Translations under genes and position numbers: made by a program
Assembly: GCA_044225365.1 (NCBI GenBank)
Contig: JBGAIQ010000002.1
Location: forward strand, 32,001 to 96,000
Reading direction: 5' to 3'
DNA length: 64,000 bases
DNA from: Planctomycetota bacterium
GTDB lineage: Bacteria > Planctomycetota > B15-G4 > JADJEK01
Part shown: positions 29,240 through 39,772 of the stretch, piece by piece
How positions within the stretch are numbered: the stretch's first letter is position 1
How the letters are laid out: each line of letters opens with the position of its first letter
The notes under the pieces: generated by a model
What the model was told of the DNA's origin: nothing
The model's database searches: none
The model's input: only the letters and a program-made list of their open reading frames with translations

Positions 29240-30891
29240 GGAATCGCGCGGTCCGGCTCGCGATCTTCCTGATCGCGCTCTACGGGCTCGCGTTCGCGGT
29301 GCGCGTGTACGCGACGCAGACGAGGGTGAGTGCGGGGCACGGCGACGTCGCGGGGTACTACCACGTGGCGACGAACCTCGCGACGGGGCGCGGATTCGTG
29401 CAGGACTTCGTCGCCGAGTATCTGCAAGACCCGCGCGCGATCCCCACGCCGTCGAACACCTGGTGGCTGCCGCTGCCTTCGATCATCGCTGCGATCGGGA
29501 TGAAGGTCGCGGGCGCGACGGACTACGTGACGGCGAAGTACGCGATGATCGCGGTGTCGTCGCTCATTCCGCTGCTCGTCTTTTTTGCCGGCTGGTTCCT
29601 ATTGCGCTCGCTCGCCGGGGGCATCGGGAGCGCGTTGCTCGCCGTCGGTTTCCATCTCTACCTCGACCAGCCGTGCGCGACGCTCTCGCAGGGCCCGTAC
29701 GGGCTCTTCGCCGGCGCGGGCCTGATCGTCGTGATGGCCTGGCGCGAGCATCGAAGGCTCCTGCCGTGGTTCGGGCTCTGCTTCGGCCTCACGTATCTGT
29801 GCCGCGGCGACGGTCAGGCGCTCGTCGTGGGTCTCGTCTTCACGCTGATCGCGGAGTGGCGAAAGCGGCGAACGAGCGGAACTCCGGGGGCGATTCCGTG
29901 GCGTCCTCTCGTCATTGCATCTGGACTCTTCGTGCTGATCGCCTCGCCGTGGTGGGTGCGCAACCTGCGAGTGCTCGGGGAACCGATGCCCTCGGGGATG
30001 TCGAAGATCACGTGGGCGCGGAGCTTCGAGGACTGGTTCGTGTCGGATACCTCGCAGCTCGATGCGGCGCACTATCGAGAGTGGGGCGCCTCGAACATCC
30101 TGGCGCAGAAATGGGTGGGCGTGCGCGACGCGCTCGTCTACACCCCGTTCGTGTTCTTCCGATCGGTGACGCGCGAGCAAGGGCCGGAGGAGGGCAAGCC
30201 GGAGTACGAGCTCGCTTTGCTCTGCAAATGGATCCTCACTCCGCTCTGTCTGCTCGGGCTCATCGCTCTCGGATTCCAGCGCAGAGCCGCGCTCGGATCG
30301 CTCGTTCTCCATCTGCTCGTGCTCGCCGCCGTGTACGGGATCGTGTTCCCGGCGATCGGTCGCGAGAGTTTTCGCAGCAGTCTGTTCTCCGTGTTCCCAG
30401 TCCTCCTCGTCGCGGTCGTCGGCGGACTCGGAGCGCTGCTGACGCCGCTGCGGCAACGATCCCCGCGCGCCGCGGCGATCACGCTCGTCGTCGTCTCGGC
30501 CGCGCTCTCGATCGGCAATGTCGTCACCGCGATGCCGTACCTGCGCGCCAAGTATGCGAGTGTCGAGTCCACGCTCGCGCCATATCGCGATTTCGGTCGC
30601 TGGGCGACGGAGCAGCGCATCACGGGCGAGACGTTCATGGTCCGCAATCCGTGGGAGTTCACCGTCGAGACGGGGATGAAGTCGGCGATCCTGCCGAACG
30701 ACGGCGTGAAGGGAATCCTCGAGCGAGCAAAGCTCTACGGAGCGAAGTACATCGTCGACGAGAATCCGGGCGGGATGTCGATCTTCGACTGGCGCCCGGT
30801 CCTCCATGGCCTCGTGAGCAACGGAACGCTGACGCCCGTGTTCCCGCGGAGGCCGCCCCCGAACGGTTGGAAGATCTACGAGATCCACTGA
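29236..30891 (+). CDS. Polytopic membrane protein, probable GT-C (ArnT/PMT-like) glycosyltransferase
   Basis: First-loop GDVAGYYHVA.NL..GRGF; many TMs; GLTYLCRGDG; PWWVRN. Confidence 0.7.
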   Translation: MRNRAVRLAIFLIALYGLAFAVRVYATQTRVSAGHGDVAGYYHVATNLATGRGFVQDFVAEYLQDPRAIPTPSNTWWLPLPSIIAAIGMKVAGATDYVTAKYAMIAVSSLIPLLVFFAGWFLLRSLAGGIGSALLAVGFHLYLDQPCATLSQGPYGLFAGAGLIVVMAWREHRRLLPWFGLCFGLTYLCRGDGQALVVGLVFTLIAEWRKRRTSGTPGAIPWRPLVIASGLFVLIASPWWVRNLRVLGEPMPSGMSKITWARSFEDWFVSDTSQLDAAHYREWGASNILAQKWVGVRDALVYTPFVFFRSVTREQGPEEGKPEYELALLCKWILTPLCLLGLIALGFQRRAALGSLVLHLLVLAAVYGIVFPAIGRESFRSSLFSVFPVLLVAVVGGLGALLTPLRQRSPRAAAITLVVVSAALSIGNVVTAMPYLRAKYASVESTLAPYRDFGRWATEQRITGETFMVRNPWEFTVETGMKSAILPNDGVKGILERAKLYGAKYIVDENPGGMSIFDWRPVLHGLVSNGTLTPVFPRRPPPNGWKIYEIH

Positions 30892-30910
30892 GCGCGGATC
30901 GTCGCGAACT

Positions 30911-32143
30911 TCACTTGGCTCGGCGATCGAGGATCGCCTTGGTCTTTTCCGACATCGGCGGCGCCTTCTCGGCCTTCTGGGGCTTCGGCCCTTTGCGTCG
31001 CCGCTCGAAGAGATCCTGCAGCAGTCCGTTGTTGCCCTCGATCACGTTCTTGAACTTCGGGCTCGTCGCGAGATTCGGGTCCTTGCCCTTCGAGGGCCGT
31101 TCGAAGAGGTAGATCGAGTTCGGTTGCCCGCCATACAGGAGTTCGTATTGCGGGACGCGTAGGCAGAACGTCGGTTCGCGGCTGCCGGGTGAATAGCGTT
31201 CGAGCACGGCGCGATCGTTGAAGTAGTACCCGTTGAGCAGCGGCGCATTCCCGCCGGGGCCCGTCATCAGCGAGCGACCGCTGAACGGCAGATCGCCCTT
31301 CATCGCGAAGAGATCGAGGATCGTGGGCGCGAGATCGAGCAGCGAGCATGGCCCGGTGCGGGTCACGTTCGTGGGATTGCGCTTCGGGATCTTGAAGAGC
31401 AGCGGAACCTGTAGATCGCCGCCGACTTCGTCGTACGTGCCGGCCGCGATGATCAGCGTCCCTTCGTACCACCGCGCCTTGGTCAGAGCGGCCTCTAGTT
31501 CGGCGACGAGGTGTTCGAGGACCTTCGAGGCGTCGGCATCGCGTCCGTCCGCGATCGCGGGATCCGGCGTGCAGTGGATCCACAGGAAGAACGGCGTGCG
31601 GCCCACGGTCGCGAGCCATGCGGAAACCGAGCTCGCGAGCTCGACCGATCCTGCGTTCAAATCCTCGTGAGTCGTCGTGAACCCCGAGGAGAGACCGGTG
31701 AGCGAGAGCAGGGGCGCATTGGTGAACGCGGCCGTCGCGAACTTTCGGGCGGTGAAGGCCTTTGCGAGGGTGAACGTGCTTCCCGAGAGTCGATCGCTCC
31801 AGTCGAGCACGCCGAGAGTCGAGGGCAATGTGCCGGTCATGATCGCAGCGGCGGAGCGGGGCTCACCGTCGCTCGGCGCCATGGCGAGGTTCACCGTGAT
31901 CCCGAGGCGCGCCATCTCGTCGAGACCGGGCTGCGCCGGAAGCGCGGCGTCGTAGGGATGGAGCGATCGCGGAGCGATCCGATCGACCGTCACGATCGCG
32001 ACGGACATCGACACGCGGGAATCGACCGTTCCGAAATCGTCGCCCTTCGGCCGCATCACACATTTGCCCACCAGCACGGCGGGGCCGAGCGCCATCGCGG
32101 CGAGCAGGGCAATGAACGAAGTCCCCCGCGGTGGCGTGTTCAT
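30911..32143 (-). CDS. Membrane-anchored sulfatase-like (alkaline phosphatase superfamily) protein with degenerate active site
   Basis: IVTVD, AAIMTG, PFFLWIH, VPLLFK, SLLDLAPTILDL, FSGRSL. Confidence 0.75.
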   Translation of the reverse strand: MNTPPRGTSFIALLAAMALGPAVLVGKCVMRPKGDDFGTVDSRVSMSVAIVTVDRIAPRSLHPYDAALPAQPGLDEMARLGITVNLAMAPSDGEPRSAAAIMTGTLPSTLGVLDWSDRLSGSTFTLAKAFTARKFATAAFTNAPLLSLTGLSSGFTTTHEDLNAGSVELASSVSAWLATVGRTPFFLWIHCTPDPAIADGRDADASKVLEHLVAELEAALTKARWYEGTLIIAAGTYDEVGGDLQVPLLFKIPKRNPTNVTRTGPCSLLDLAPTILDLFAMKGDLPFSGRSLMTGPGGNAPLLNGYYFNDRAVLERYSPGSREPTFCLRVPQYELLYGGQPNSIYLFERPSKGKDPNLATSPKFKNVIEGNNGLLQDLFERRRKGPKPQKAEKAPPMSEKTKAILDRRAK

Positions 32144-32904
32144 GATCCGCTCGGGGTCATCTTCTGGAACAACCGCCCGGTCTTGTCGCGCCACCACAGG
32201 AAGAAGCTGAAGCGGAGCACCTTCACGAGCTTGCCGAACGTGAGGTTCGATTCGCCCGCGGCGCGCTCGACGAACGTGATCGGGACCTCGACGATCCGTG
32301 CACCCTTGCGATGCGAGCGAATCAGCACCTCGGGCACGATCTCCGGACCGACCGAGACCATCGTGTCGAGGCCGATCTTCTCGAGGAGATCACGGCGGTA
32401 GGCGCGGAATCCCGAGTTGCAGTCGCGGATCTTCACGCCGAGCAGCACGCGGTTGTAGAAGGTGGAGAGCGACGTGATGAAGACGCGATGCTTGCCGCGA
32501 CCGACGTCCTGACCGCCTTGGACGAGACGCGACCCGATCACGAGATCGGCCGTTTCGAGCGCTCTCAAGAGGTCGGGTACGTGCTCGGGACGATGCGAGA
32601 AATCGGCATCCATCTCGATCACGACATCGGCCTTCAGGTCGAGCGCCGCCTGGAACGCTTCGATGCCGGCGCGTCCGCGACCCTTGTCCTTCGTGCGATG
32701 GAGCAGGAAGACCCGCGGGTTCGTCCGCGCCATCTCCGCGACGATCTTCCAGGTTCCGTCCGGCGAGTTGTCGTCGGCGACGAGCACGACGATGCGGGCA
32801 TCGGTATCGAGCAATGCACGCGTGAGGCGCTCCACGTTCGCCGACTCGTTGTAGGTCGGGAGCGTGACGACGATCTTGCGGGCAGACGGAAACGCTTCGG
32901 TCAT
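32140..32904 (-). CDS. Polyprenol-phosphate glycosyltransferase (GT2, Ppm1/DPM1-like)
   Basis: LPTYNE, DDNSPDGT, EMDADFSH, VIGSR, DCNSGFRAY, EVPITFVER. Confidence 0.92.
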   Translation of the reverse strand: MTEAFPSARKIVVTLPTYNESANVERLTRALLDTDARIVVLVADDNSPDGTWKIVAEMARTNPRVFLLHRTKDKGRGRAGIEAFQAALDLKADVVIEMDADFSHRPEHVPDLLRALETADLVIGSRLVQGGQDVGRGKHRVFITSLSTFYNRVLLGVKIRDCNSGFRAYRRDLLEKIGLDTMVSVGPEIVPEVLIRSHRKGARIVEVPITFVERAAGESNLTFGKLVKVLRFSFFLWWRDKTGRLFQKMTPSGS

Positions 32905-34301
32905 GCGGGAACGATTCTCTTCGGTTCGCCGCCAGCATACCGTCGTCCGATCAGGGACCACGCGACGAGCAGCGTGAACAGGGCCGTGAGCGCGATGCGC
33001 ACGTCGTAGAGGTGATACCAGAACGGCGTCAACGTCCAGGTCTGGTCGGGATTGAGAGAGCCGCGCAGCGACGTCCCGCGGATGATCGAGAACTGGGCGT
33101 AGATGAAGAGGTCGAGCGCGATCGCGGTCGCGACGAGCAGTCGCTCGCGCATGAACACGAGCGCGAGCGCATTCGTCCACATCACCCATTGCGGTGAGTA
33201 GAACTTCGCGAAGAGCACGAAGAACGCGGTCGCGAGGCACATCCAGCGCACGAGGCCCTCGTCGTCGTCCATGCGAACGAAGAAGGCGAAGAGCGCGATG
33301 ATGAACTGCAGCGCCGCGAGGATCTTCAGGATCTTCGCCTCGGTCGCGCTGCCCGAGGGGATCTCGAACCATTGTTGCGAGATCTGCTGGTAGAGACCGC
33401 CGGGATTGCTGATCCGCGCGCCTTGGTGCAGATAGGGCGCGAGCGCGGCGCGGAAGCCGCCGGTCGCGAAGGTGCGCCAACCCTCCGGCAGCTTCGAGAC
33501 GAGATCGTCGACGCTCTTCGGCACGTCGGTCTTCGGGAGCGCGGCGAGGCGCGTGCGCGGATTCGGACCGTTCGCGATCTCGGAGTAGCGCAGGCCTCCG
33601 CTGACGAACGTCGTGCCGACGACGGCGATCGCCGTCACGGCGGACACGAGCGTCGGCAGCACGATGTTGCGACCGAGCCTCCTCCCGATGTAGTTCAGGT
33701 AGAACGGCAAGAAGAGGATCGCGTACCACTTGGTGAGCACCGCGCACGACAGCGCGAAGATCGCGAGCAGGTGGCGCTTCTTCAGGAGTAGGAGCAGCGA
33801 CGTCGAGACCAGGAGGACGGGGAGCACGTCGTAGCGCGAGAGCGAGAAGTAGAGCGAGGCCGGCAGGATCGCGACGAGCGCGAAGCGCGGATCGCGCTGG
33901 AAGTGCTCACACAGCTTCGCCGAGACGAACACCAGGAGCAGCAGGAGGACGGCCATCTCGAGCGAGTGGATGTTGGCGTAGCGCTCGAAGATCGCGAGAT
34001 GGCGCTTCACCGCATCGGGTTGGCCGCTCTCGTAGGTCGCGGCATCGCTCGGCGCGTCGATGAAGAGGAACGGAATCGCACAGAACCACGTCGCGAGTTC
34101 AGGATACTCCGAGCTCACCTCGAGGAACGGAACCTGATGGCGTGGCAGGAAGCTGCCGCGCTGCAGGTAGACGTCCCGGTCGTGGTCGTCCTCGAAGAAA
34201 TGCACGTCGCTCTCGCCTGGTGTCTTCAGGGCGAGGACGCACGCGGTGAACGCGGCGATGACGATAGCGGCGATGGCCGTGACGCGAGCGGCGGAAGGCA
34301 T
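32901..34301 (-). CDS. GT87-like (GT-C) membrane glycosyltransferase
   Basis: SEYPELA, SRYDVLP, LTKWY, KFYSPQWVMW; many TM segments. Confidence 0.72.
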   Translation of the reverse strand: MPSAARVTAIAAIVIAAFTACVLALKTPGESDVHFFEDDHDRDVYLQRGSFLPRHQVPFLEVSSEYPELATWFCAIPFLFIDAPSDAATYESGQPDAVKRHLAIFERYANIHSLEMAVLLLLLVFVSAKLCEHFQRDPRFALVAILPASLYFSLSRYDVLPVLLVSTSLLLLLKKRHLLAIFALSCAVLTKWYAILFLPFYLNYIGRRLGRNIVLPTLVSAVTAIAVVGTTFVSGGLRYSEIANGPNPRTRLAALPKTDVPKSVDDLVSKLPEGWRTFATGGFRAALAPYLHQGARISNPGGLYQQISQQWFEIPSGSATEAKILKILAALQFIIALFAFFVRMDDDEGLVRWMCLATAFFVLFAKFYSPQWVMWTNALALVFMRERLLVATAIALDLFIYAQFSIIRGTSLRGSLNPDQTWTLTPFWYHLYDVRIALTALFTLLVAWSLIGRRYAGGEPKRIVPA

Positions 34302-34343
34302 GGGGCGGGAAGACTACCACGGGATCGGCGCGACTGCCCTCCT

Positions 34344-34371
34344 CGCCAACCGCCAATCGCCGATCGCCAAT
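34344..34371. repeat. Four tandem imperfect heptamers (CGCCAAT-like)
   Basis: cgccaac cgccaat cgccgat cgccaat in the intergenic gap. Confidence 0.5.
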
Positions 34372-34377
34372 CGCGTT

Positions 34378-37300
34378 TCAGTTCCCTTCACACGCGCAGC
34401 TCTCGGCGCCGGCAGTCACGTTCGCCGGGTCGGAATCGAAGAAGAAGTGCGGTTCCTCGACGCGACCCCCGCCGATCATCGAAGCCGCTTCGTAGATCTC
34501 GCCGTTCTGGATCACGAGGCGGATCTTCTGACTGTTCTTGATGTCGGCGAGCGGGTCCGCGTCGAGCACGAGGAAGTCCGCGAGCTTGCCCTTCTCGAGC
34601 GAGCCGAGATCCTTGTCGAGGCCGATGTAGCGCGCCCCGTCGAGCGTCGCCGCACGCAGCGCCTGCATCGACGTGAGGCCGCCCTGCGTCAGCATCGTGA
34701 GCTCCCAATGGGCGCCGAGCCCCGCGAGCTGGCCGTGGGCGCCGAGTTGGACGTGCTCACCGGCATCGACGAGCGACTTGCAGATCGTCGCCGCGCGGAA
34801 GTGGTTGTACTCCTCGAGCGGCGCCCGCGTGCGGCGGCGCGATCGCGGATCGATGATCTCGCGCGGCACGAAGCGATTGAGTCGTTCGTTCTCCCACACG
34901 TTCGTCGTGTCGTACCAGTAGTTCTCGCCCCACATGCCACCGTAGGCGACGATCAGCGTCGGCGTGTAGCCGACCTCGCTGCCCTTCCACAGGGAGACGA
35001 CGTCCTTGTAGACGTGCTCGACCGGGAGCGAGTGTTCGATGCCGGTGTGGCCGTCGACGACCATCGTCAAGTTGTGCTGCAAGGTCGAGCCACCTTCGGG
35101 CACGACCATCATGTGGAGCTCGCGCGCGGCGGCGAGGATCTTCTGGCGCTGATCGCGTCGCGGCTGGTTGTAGCTCTTCACCGAGAACGCGCCGATCGAC
35201 TGGAGGCGCTTCAGGTGGCGCTTGGCGTCGTCGACGCTCTCGATCTCGGCCTTGAACGAGCCGTACGCGCCGTACAGGATCGTGCCGGTCGAGAACGTCC
35301 GCGGACTCGTGATCAGACCCGCGCGCTGCATCTCGGCGGCGGCGAAGATCGCGTGCGTGTTGGCGCTCGGATCGTGGATCGTCGTCACGCCGAACGCCAG
35401 GTTCGCGTAGTGGACCCAGTCGCGCTGGGGGTTGATCCCCTGCTCGGCCTGGCCGCCGTGCGCGTGGACGTCGATGATCCCGGGCATGACGGTCGCGCCG
35501 CGGAGGTCGTAGACTTCCTGATCGTTGCCGATCGCGAATCGCTCCATCGGAACGACCTCGACGATGCGGTTGGCTTCAACGTGGATCGCGCCGTTCGCGA
35601 TCACCTCGTCACCCTTCATCGTGATGATTCGAGCATCCGTGAACCACTTGCCCATGGTCGGTTTCGCCGCCGCCTGATCGAACGTGATGTCGACGCCCGT
35701 CTCCGGCAGCTCGGGCAATGGCGACGGGGCGCCCGCGAGGAACGCGAAGGCATTGGTCAGCGGTCGCGTGAAGAGCTGCGGGCCGAGCGACCAGAGCAGA
35801 TTCTTCGAGTCGCCGCTGAACTGGACGAATTCGCCGGCATCCTTCGACACGCGGGCGACGGGCAGCGACTTCTCGTTCGGGCCGACCTTCAGTTCGCGTC
35901 CGGTCTCAGGGAACGCCGCGACGTAGGCCTGGAAGCGCTCGACGAAGCCGAGCCACTTGCCGTCGGGCGACACCGTGAACTCGACGGCGTTCTCGGAGCT
36001 CGCATGGGTGTGCGGGTCCTTGCCGTCGAGACCGATCGAGATCAGCGTGTGGCGGTCCGGCTCCTTCGATTCTTCGTCACTCCGCAGGTAGACGCGATCG
36101 TTGCTCGCGCCGAAGCAGGGATGCTCGCCGCTCTTCGTCACGAGCTTCGGTTCGCCGCCCGCGGTAGCGACTACGTACACGCCCGGTTCGAAGCCGTAGC
36201 GCGGACTCGTGAGGCCGCCGCCCGTCACCTTGCGATAGACGATCTTTGCGCCGTCGGGCGAGAACACGGGCTCGACGTACATTCCCGGCTTCGTCGTGAC
36301 CGCGCGACCCTCGCCTCCGCTCGCGCTAGCGACGCGCACGACGCCGAGGCCGTCGTCGTTCCACGCGACGTAGACGATCGATTTCGAATCGCGCGAGAAG
36401 CTCGGGAAGAACTCGAAGTCGTCCTTCTGCGCGGTGAGGCGCTTCGGCGTCCCGTTCGGTAGATCGCGAACGTAGACGTGGCCGAGGGCCTGGTACGCCA
36501 CCTTGTTGCCGTCCGGAGCGACGGTCACCGATTGGATCGCCTTCACGTGGAAGACGTCCGGCGCGACTTCCTGCGGGAAGCGCACGCCGCTGCTGACCTT
36601 TCGCGTGTCCTTCACGTGGAAGGGGATCACGTGATCGGCTCCGTCGTCGATGCCGATGCGATGGATCTTGCCCTTCGACTGCAGAACGATCGATTTGCCG
36701 TCGGGCAGGTAGCGCATGCGCGGATACACGCCGTGGATCGCCCACGTCTCTTGCATGTCGCGCTCGAGGTTGCCGCAGATCTGGCGCTTCGCCCCGCTCG
36801 TGAGATCGATCGTCCACAATGTCGTCTCGAAGCGGACGCGATGGATGTAGGCGAGCGATTTGCCGTCGGGCGAGGGGGTGGGGCGGCACGCGCCGCCGGG
36901 GCCGGCGACGAGCGTGATCGTCTCACCGGTCTGTCGATCGAGCCGCTGGATCGCGTAGATGCCGGCGTTGCTGTCCTTGCTGTACTGGAACGTGCCGCCT
37001 GGCGTGGCGTCGAGGCTGAAGTACAGGTAGCGGCCATCGGGTGAGAAGACCGGTTCGCCGACGTCCTTCTCCTCGGTCGGTTTCGTCGTCATCGGCAGGC
37101 CATCGGTGCCGGAGACGTGATAGAGCCACATCTCGCCGGCGCCGAGCGAGCGATGCGAGACGAAGTGCTTGCGCGCGACGATCCACTGTCCCGACGGCTC
37201 CCACGATGGCTCGTTGAGCAACCGGTAGGTCTCCTTCGTCACCGCTTTCGGGTCCGACCCGTCGCGATTCATGACCCAGATGTTGTCGCCGCCCGCGCGA

Positions 37301-37611
37301 TCGGAGGTGAATGCGATCTTCGTCCCGTCGGGCGAGTAGGTGGGCTGCATGTCCCACGCGATGCCGGACGTCAGCGCCTTCGCTTCGCCGCCGTCGATCG
37401 GGATCACGTAGATGTCTCCGAGCAGGTTGAACGCGATCTCCTTCCCGTCGGGCGAGACGTCGAGGTCCATCCAGGTTCCTTCGTCGACGTCGATCGGCAC
37501 GTCGCGCATCGGCAGGGGCGGGTTGTTGACGTCCCATTGCGGTTCGTCGGCGCGGACAGCGAAGGCGATGAGAGAGGACAGGGAAACCGCGACGACGGAA
37601 AGGCCACGCAT
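34378..37611 (-). CDS. Secreted TolB/PD40 propeller plus amidohydrolase family protein
   Basis: Signal peptide; SPDG repeats; PGIIDVHAH; LGAHGQ; LGSLEKGKLADF. Confidence 0.92.
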   Translation of the reverse strand: MRGLSVVAVSLSSLIAFAVRADEPQWDVNNPPLPMRDVPIDVDEGTWMDLDVSPDGKEIAFNLLGDIYVIPIDGGEAKALTSGIAWDMQPTYSPDGTKIAFTSDRAGGDNIWVMNRDGSDPKAVTKETYRLLNEPSWEPSGQWIVARKHFVSHRSLGAGEMWLYHVSGTDGLPMTTKPTEEKDVGEPVFSPDGRYLYFSLDATPGGTFQYSKDSNAGIYAIQRLDRQTGETITLVAGPGGACRPTPSPDGKSLAYIHRVRFETTLWTIDLTSGAKRQICGNLERDMQETWAIHGVYPRMRYLPDGKSIVLQSKGKIHRIGIDDGADHVIPFHVKDTRKVSSGVRFPQEVAPDVFHVKAIQSVTVAPDGNKVAYQALGHVYVRDLPNGTPKRLTAQKDDFEFFPSFSRDSKSIVYVAWNDDGLGVVRVASASGGEGRAVTTKPGMYVEPVFSPDGAKIVYRKVTGGGLTSPRYGFEPGVYVVATAGGEPKLVTKSGEHPCFGASNDRVYLRSDEESKEPDRHTLISIGLDGKDPHTHASSENAVEFTVSPDGKWLGFVERFQAYVAAFPETGRELKVGPNEKSLPVARVSKDAGEFVQFSGDSKNLLWSLGPQLFTRPLTNAFAFLAGAPSPLPELPETGVDITFDQAAAKPTMGKWFTDARIITMKGDEVIANGAIHVEANRIVEVVPMERFAIGNDQEVYDLRGATVMPGIIDVHAHGGQAEQGINPQRDWVHYANLAFGVTTIHDPSANTHAIFAAAEMQRAGLITSPRTFSTGTILYGAYGSFKAEIESVDDAKRHLKRLQSIGAFSVKSYNQPRRDQRQKILAAARELHMMVVPEGGSTLQHNLTMVVDGHTGIEHSLPVEHVYKDVVSLWKGSEVGYTPTLIVAYGGMWGENYWYDTTNVWENERLNRFVPREIIDPRSRRRTRAPLEEYNHFRAATICKSLVDAGEHVQLGAHGQLAGLGAHWELTMLTQGGLTSMQALRAATLDGARYIGLDKDLGSLEKGKLADFLVLDADPLADIKNSQKIRLVIQNGEIYEAASMIGGGRVEEPHFFFDSDPANVTAGAESCACEGN

Positions 37612-37801
37612 ACCGATACTCCGGGATGGGTCGAAGAGCGCCGGATGGTACTGCGAAGATGGGTCAGAAGTTGGAGAATCACCAAGCGCGAGGCGCCAAC
37701 TGCAATGGAAAGACATGGCGACGATGTCCGACGCTGTCCTGGCGCTTCGCAGCCGGGCGAATGCCGGCCGAGTTTTTCCACGGGCTGTTAAGCTTCGCCG
37801 C

Positions 37802-39637
37802 GTGTCGCCCATCGCGCCCATTCCCCGGCAGACCCGGCTCATCGTCTTCCTGCTGCTCGTCCTGCACGGCGGCGTGCTCGTGCACACGGCTCTGCGCAAC
37901 AGCGAGACGTTCGACGAGCCGATGTACCTGCTCGCTTCGCGGTCGTACTGGGATCGCTTCGACTTCTCGTTCAATCGCGAGCATCCGCCGCTGTCGAAGC
38001 TCCTGATCGGCATCCCACTGAAGCTCGCGGGACTCGACCTTCCTCCCGACTATCAGACCGCCGGCGCGACGCAGCTTCGATTCATGTACGAAGTGAACGA
38101 CGATCCGCAGCGGACGCTCTTCCTCGGGCGAATTCCGATGATCCTCGTCGGGCTCCTCCTCGGGTTCTACGTCTTCCTGTTCGGGCGGCTCTTCGGGGGC
38201 GATCGCGTCGGCATCGTCTCGCTCGTCGCCTACATGCTGATGCCCGGGATGACCGGCAACACGCCGCTCGCCGCGCTCGATCTCGGCGCGGCCGCGTTCG
38301 GACTCATCGCGTTCTACCACCTCGCGCGCGCGCGCATGGCGCCCTCCCACGGCAAGACGCTGATCGCCGGGATCACACTCGGTCTCGCGCAACTCACGAA
38401 GCTCAGCAATCTGCTGATGGGGCCGGTGTACGTCGTGCTCGCGGTCGCCGACACGATCCGCGAGCGGTCGTGGAAACCGCTCGCGCGGCTCGCCGCGATG
38501 GGGCTCGTCTGCTTCTCCACGATGTTTGCGGGCTACGGCTTCGAGATGCGCACGATCGCCTCGGTGAAGGGCCATCCCCGCTACGACGACGATCCGGTCG
38601 CGCGTTCCGAGGGCTCGGTGTTCGGCGATCCCTTGATGCGCAAGATCACGAGCCACTTCGGGGACAAGCCGATCCCGATGCTCTCCTTCTTCAAGGCCTA
38701 CGACTATCAGAAGCGCGAAGCCGGTGGCGAGGGGCACCCGAGCTACTTCCGCGGCGAGTACAACAAGGGCGACGGCTGGAGGACCTTCTACCTCGTCACG
38801 CTCGCCGTGAAGACGCCGATCGGAATGGTGTCGCTGCTCGCGATGGCTCTCCTGCTCGCAACGGTCTGGCCGCGCACGCGGGGAGCGGACGGCGCGCTGC
38901 TGCTCTATCCCGCGCTGGTCTTCGTCTACTTCTCGCAGGCACCGACGCAGCTCGGTCTGCGCTACGCGCTTCCTGTGCTTCCGCCGCTCGCGGTGCTCAT
39001 CGGCCGACTCATGAGCCTGTTGCCCTCCGCCATCGAGTCCCTGGAGACCGCGCGACGGCGCGACCTCGCGGTCAAGATCGCGGGGTTCGTCGGGTGCATC
39101 GCGCTGCCGATCTACCTGACGTTCGCATTCGAAGAACGAGGCCCGGCCACGGCCGCCCTCTTCGCGTTCGCGGCGATTCCCCTGCTCGCGGGGATCGCGC
39201 TCGTCTCGTTCGGGCGAAGAGTGCTGGGTCCGGTGATCGCGGTATTGATGCTCGCGTCCGCCGTCGAAGTCGGGCGCCAGCATCCCGACTACCTGATGTT
39301 CTTCAATGCCTACGCGGGCGGTCCGGATCACGGGTACAAGATCGTCTCGGTCGGCGACGACTGGGGGCAAGGCGCGTCGCAACTCGCGGAGCTGCAGCGC
39401 GAGCGAGGTTGGGGCGAGATCGCCTACGACTACTACGGGACCGGAAAACCCGAGATCTATGGGCTCAAGTATCACGCCTTCAATGGCGATAAGACTTCTG
39501 GGTTGGTGGCCGCGCATGCGGTCCAACTGACTCGCGAGCGGTTCCGACCAAGCAACACCCGCTACTCCTTCCTCGACGGACTGGAGCCGATCGCGCGAGT
39601 GAACTCGATCTTCGTGTTCGACGTGAAGCCGAAATGA
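37802..39637 (+). CDS. ArnT/PMT-like (GT39/GT83) membrane glycosyltransferase
   Basis: SETFDEPMY, NREHPPLSKLL, LAVKTP, LGLRYALP, DWGQ; start uncertain. Confidence 0.8.
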   Translation: MSPIAPIPRQTRLIVFLLLVLHGGVLVHTALRNSETFDEPMYLLASRSYWDRFDFSFNREHPPLSKLLIGIPLKLAGLDLPPDYQTAGATQLRFMYEVNDDPQRTLFLGRIPMILVGLLLGFYVFLFGRLFGGDRVGIVSLVAYMLMPGMTGNTPLAALDLGAAAFGLIAFYHLARARMAPSHGKTLIAGITLGLAQLTKLSNLLMGPVYVVLAVADTIRERSWKPLARLAAMGLVCFSTMFAGYGFEMRTIASVKGHPRYDDDPVARSEGSVFGDPLMRKITSHFGDKPIPMLSFFKAYDYQKREAGGEGHPSYFRGEYNKGDGWRTFYLVTLAVKTPIGMVSLLAMALLLATVWPRTRGADGALLLYPALVFVYFSQAPTQLGLRYALPVLPPLAVLIGRLMSLLPSAIESLETARRRDLAVKIAGFVGCIALPIYLTFAFEERGPATAALFAFAAIPLLAGIALVSFGRRVLGPVIAVLMLASAVEVGRQHPDYLMFFNAYAGGPDHGYKIVSVGDDWGQGASQLAELQRERGWGEIAYDYYGTGKPEIYGLKYHAFNGDKTSGLVAAHAVQLTRERFRPSNTRYSFLDGLEPIARVNSIFVFDVKPK

Positions 39638-39772
39638 AGATCGAGTCGGGGGGTCGCTCCCCCGATGGCGTTCCTTGACCTTTGGCTTGGTTCACGTAGG
39701 CTAGCACGTTCTTTTCCCAATCCGGAAATCACTCCGGACCAGCACGTCAGCCTGAATCCTCGGAGTCAGTTC

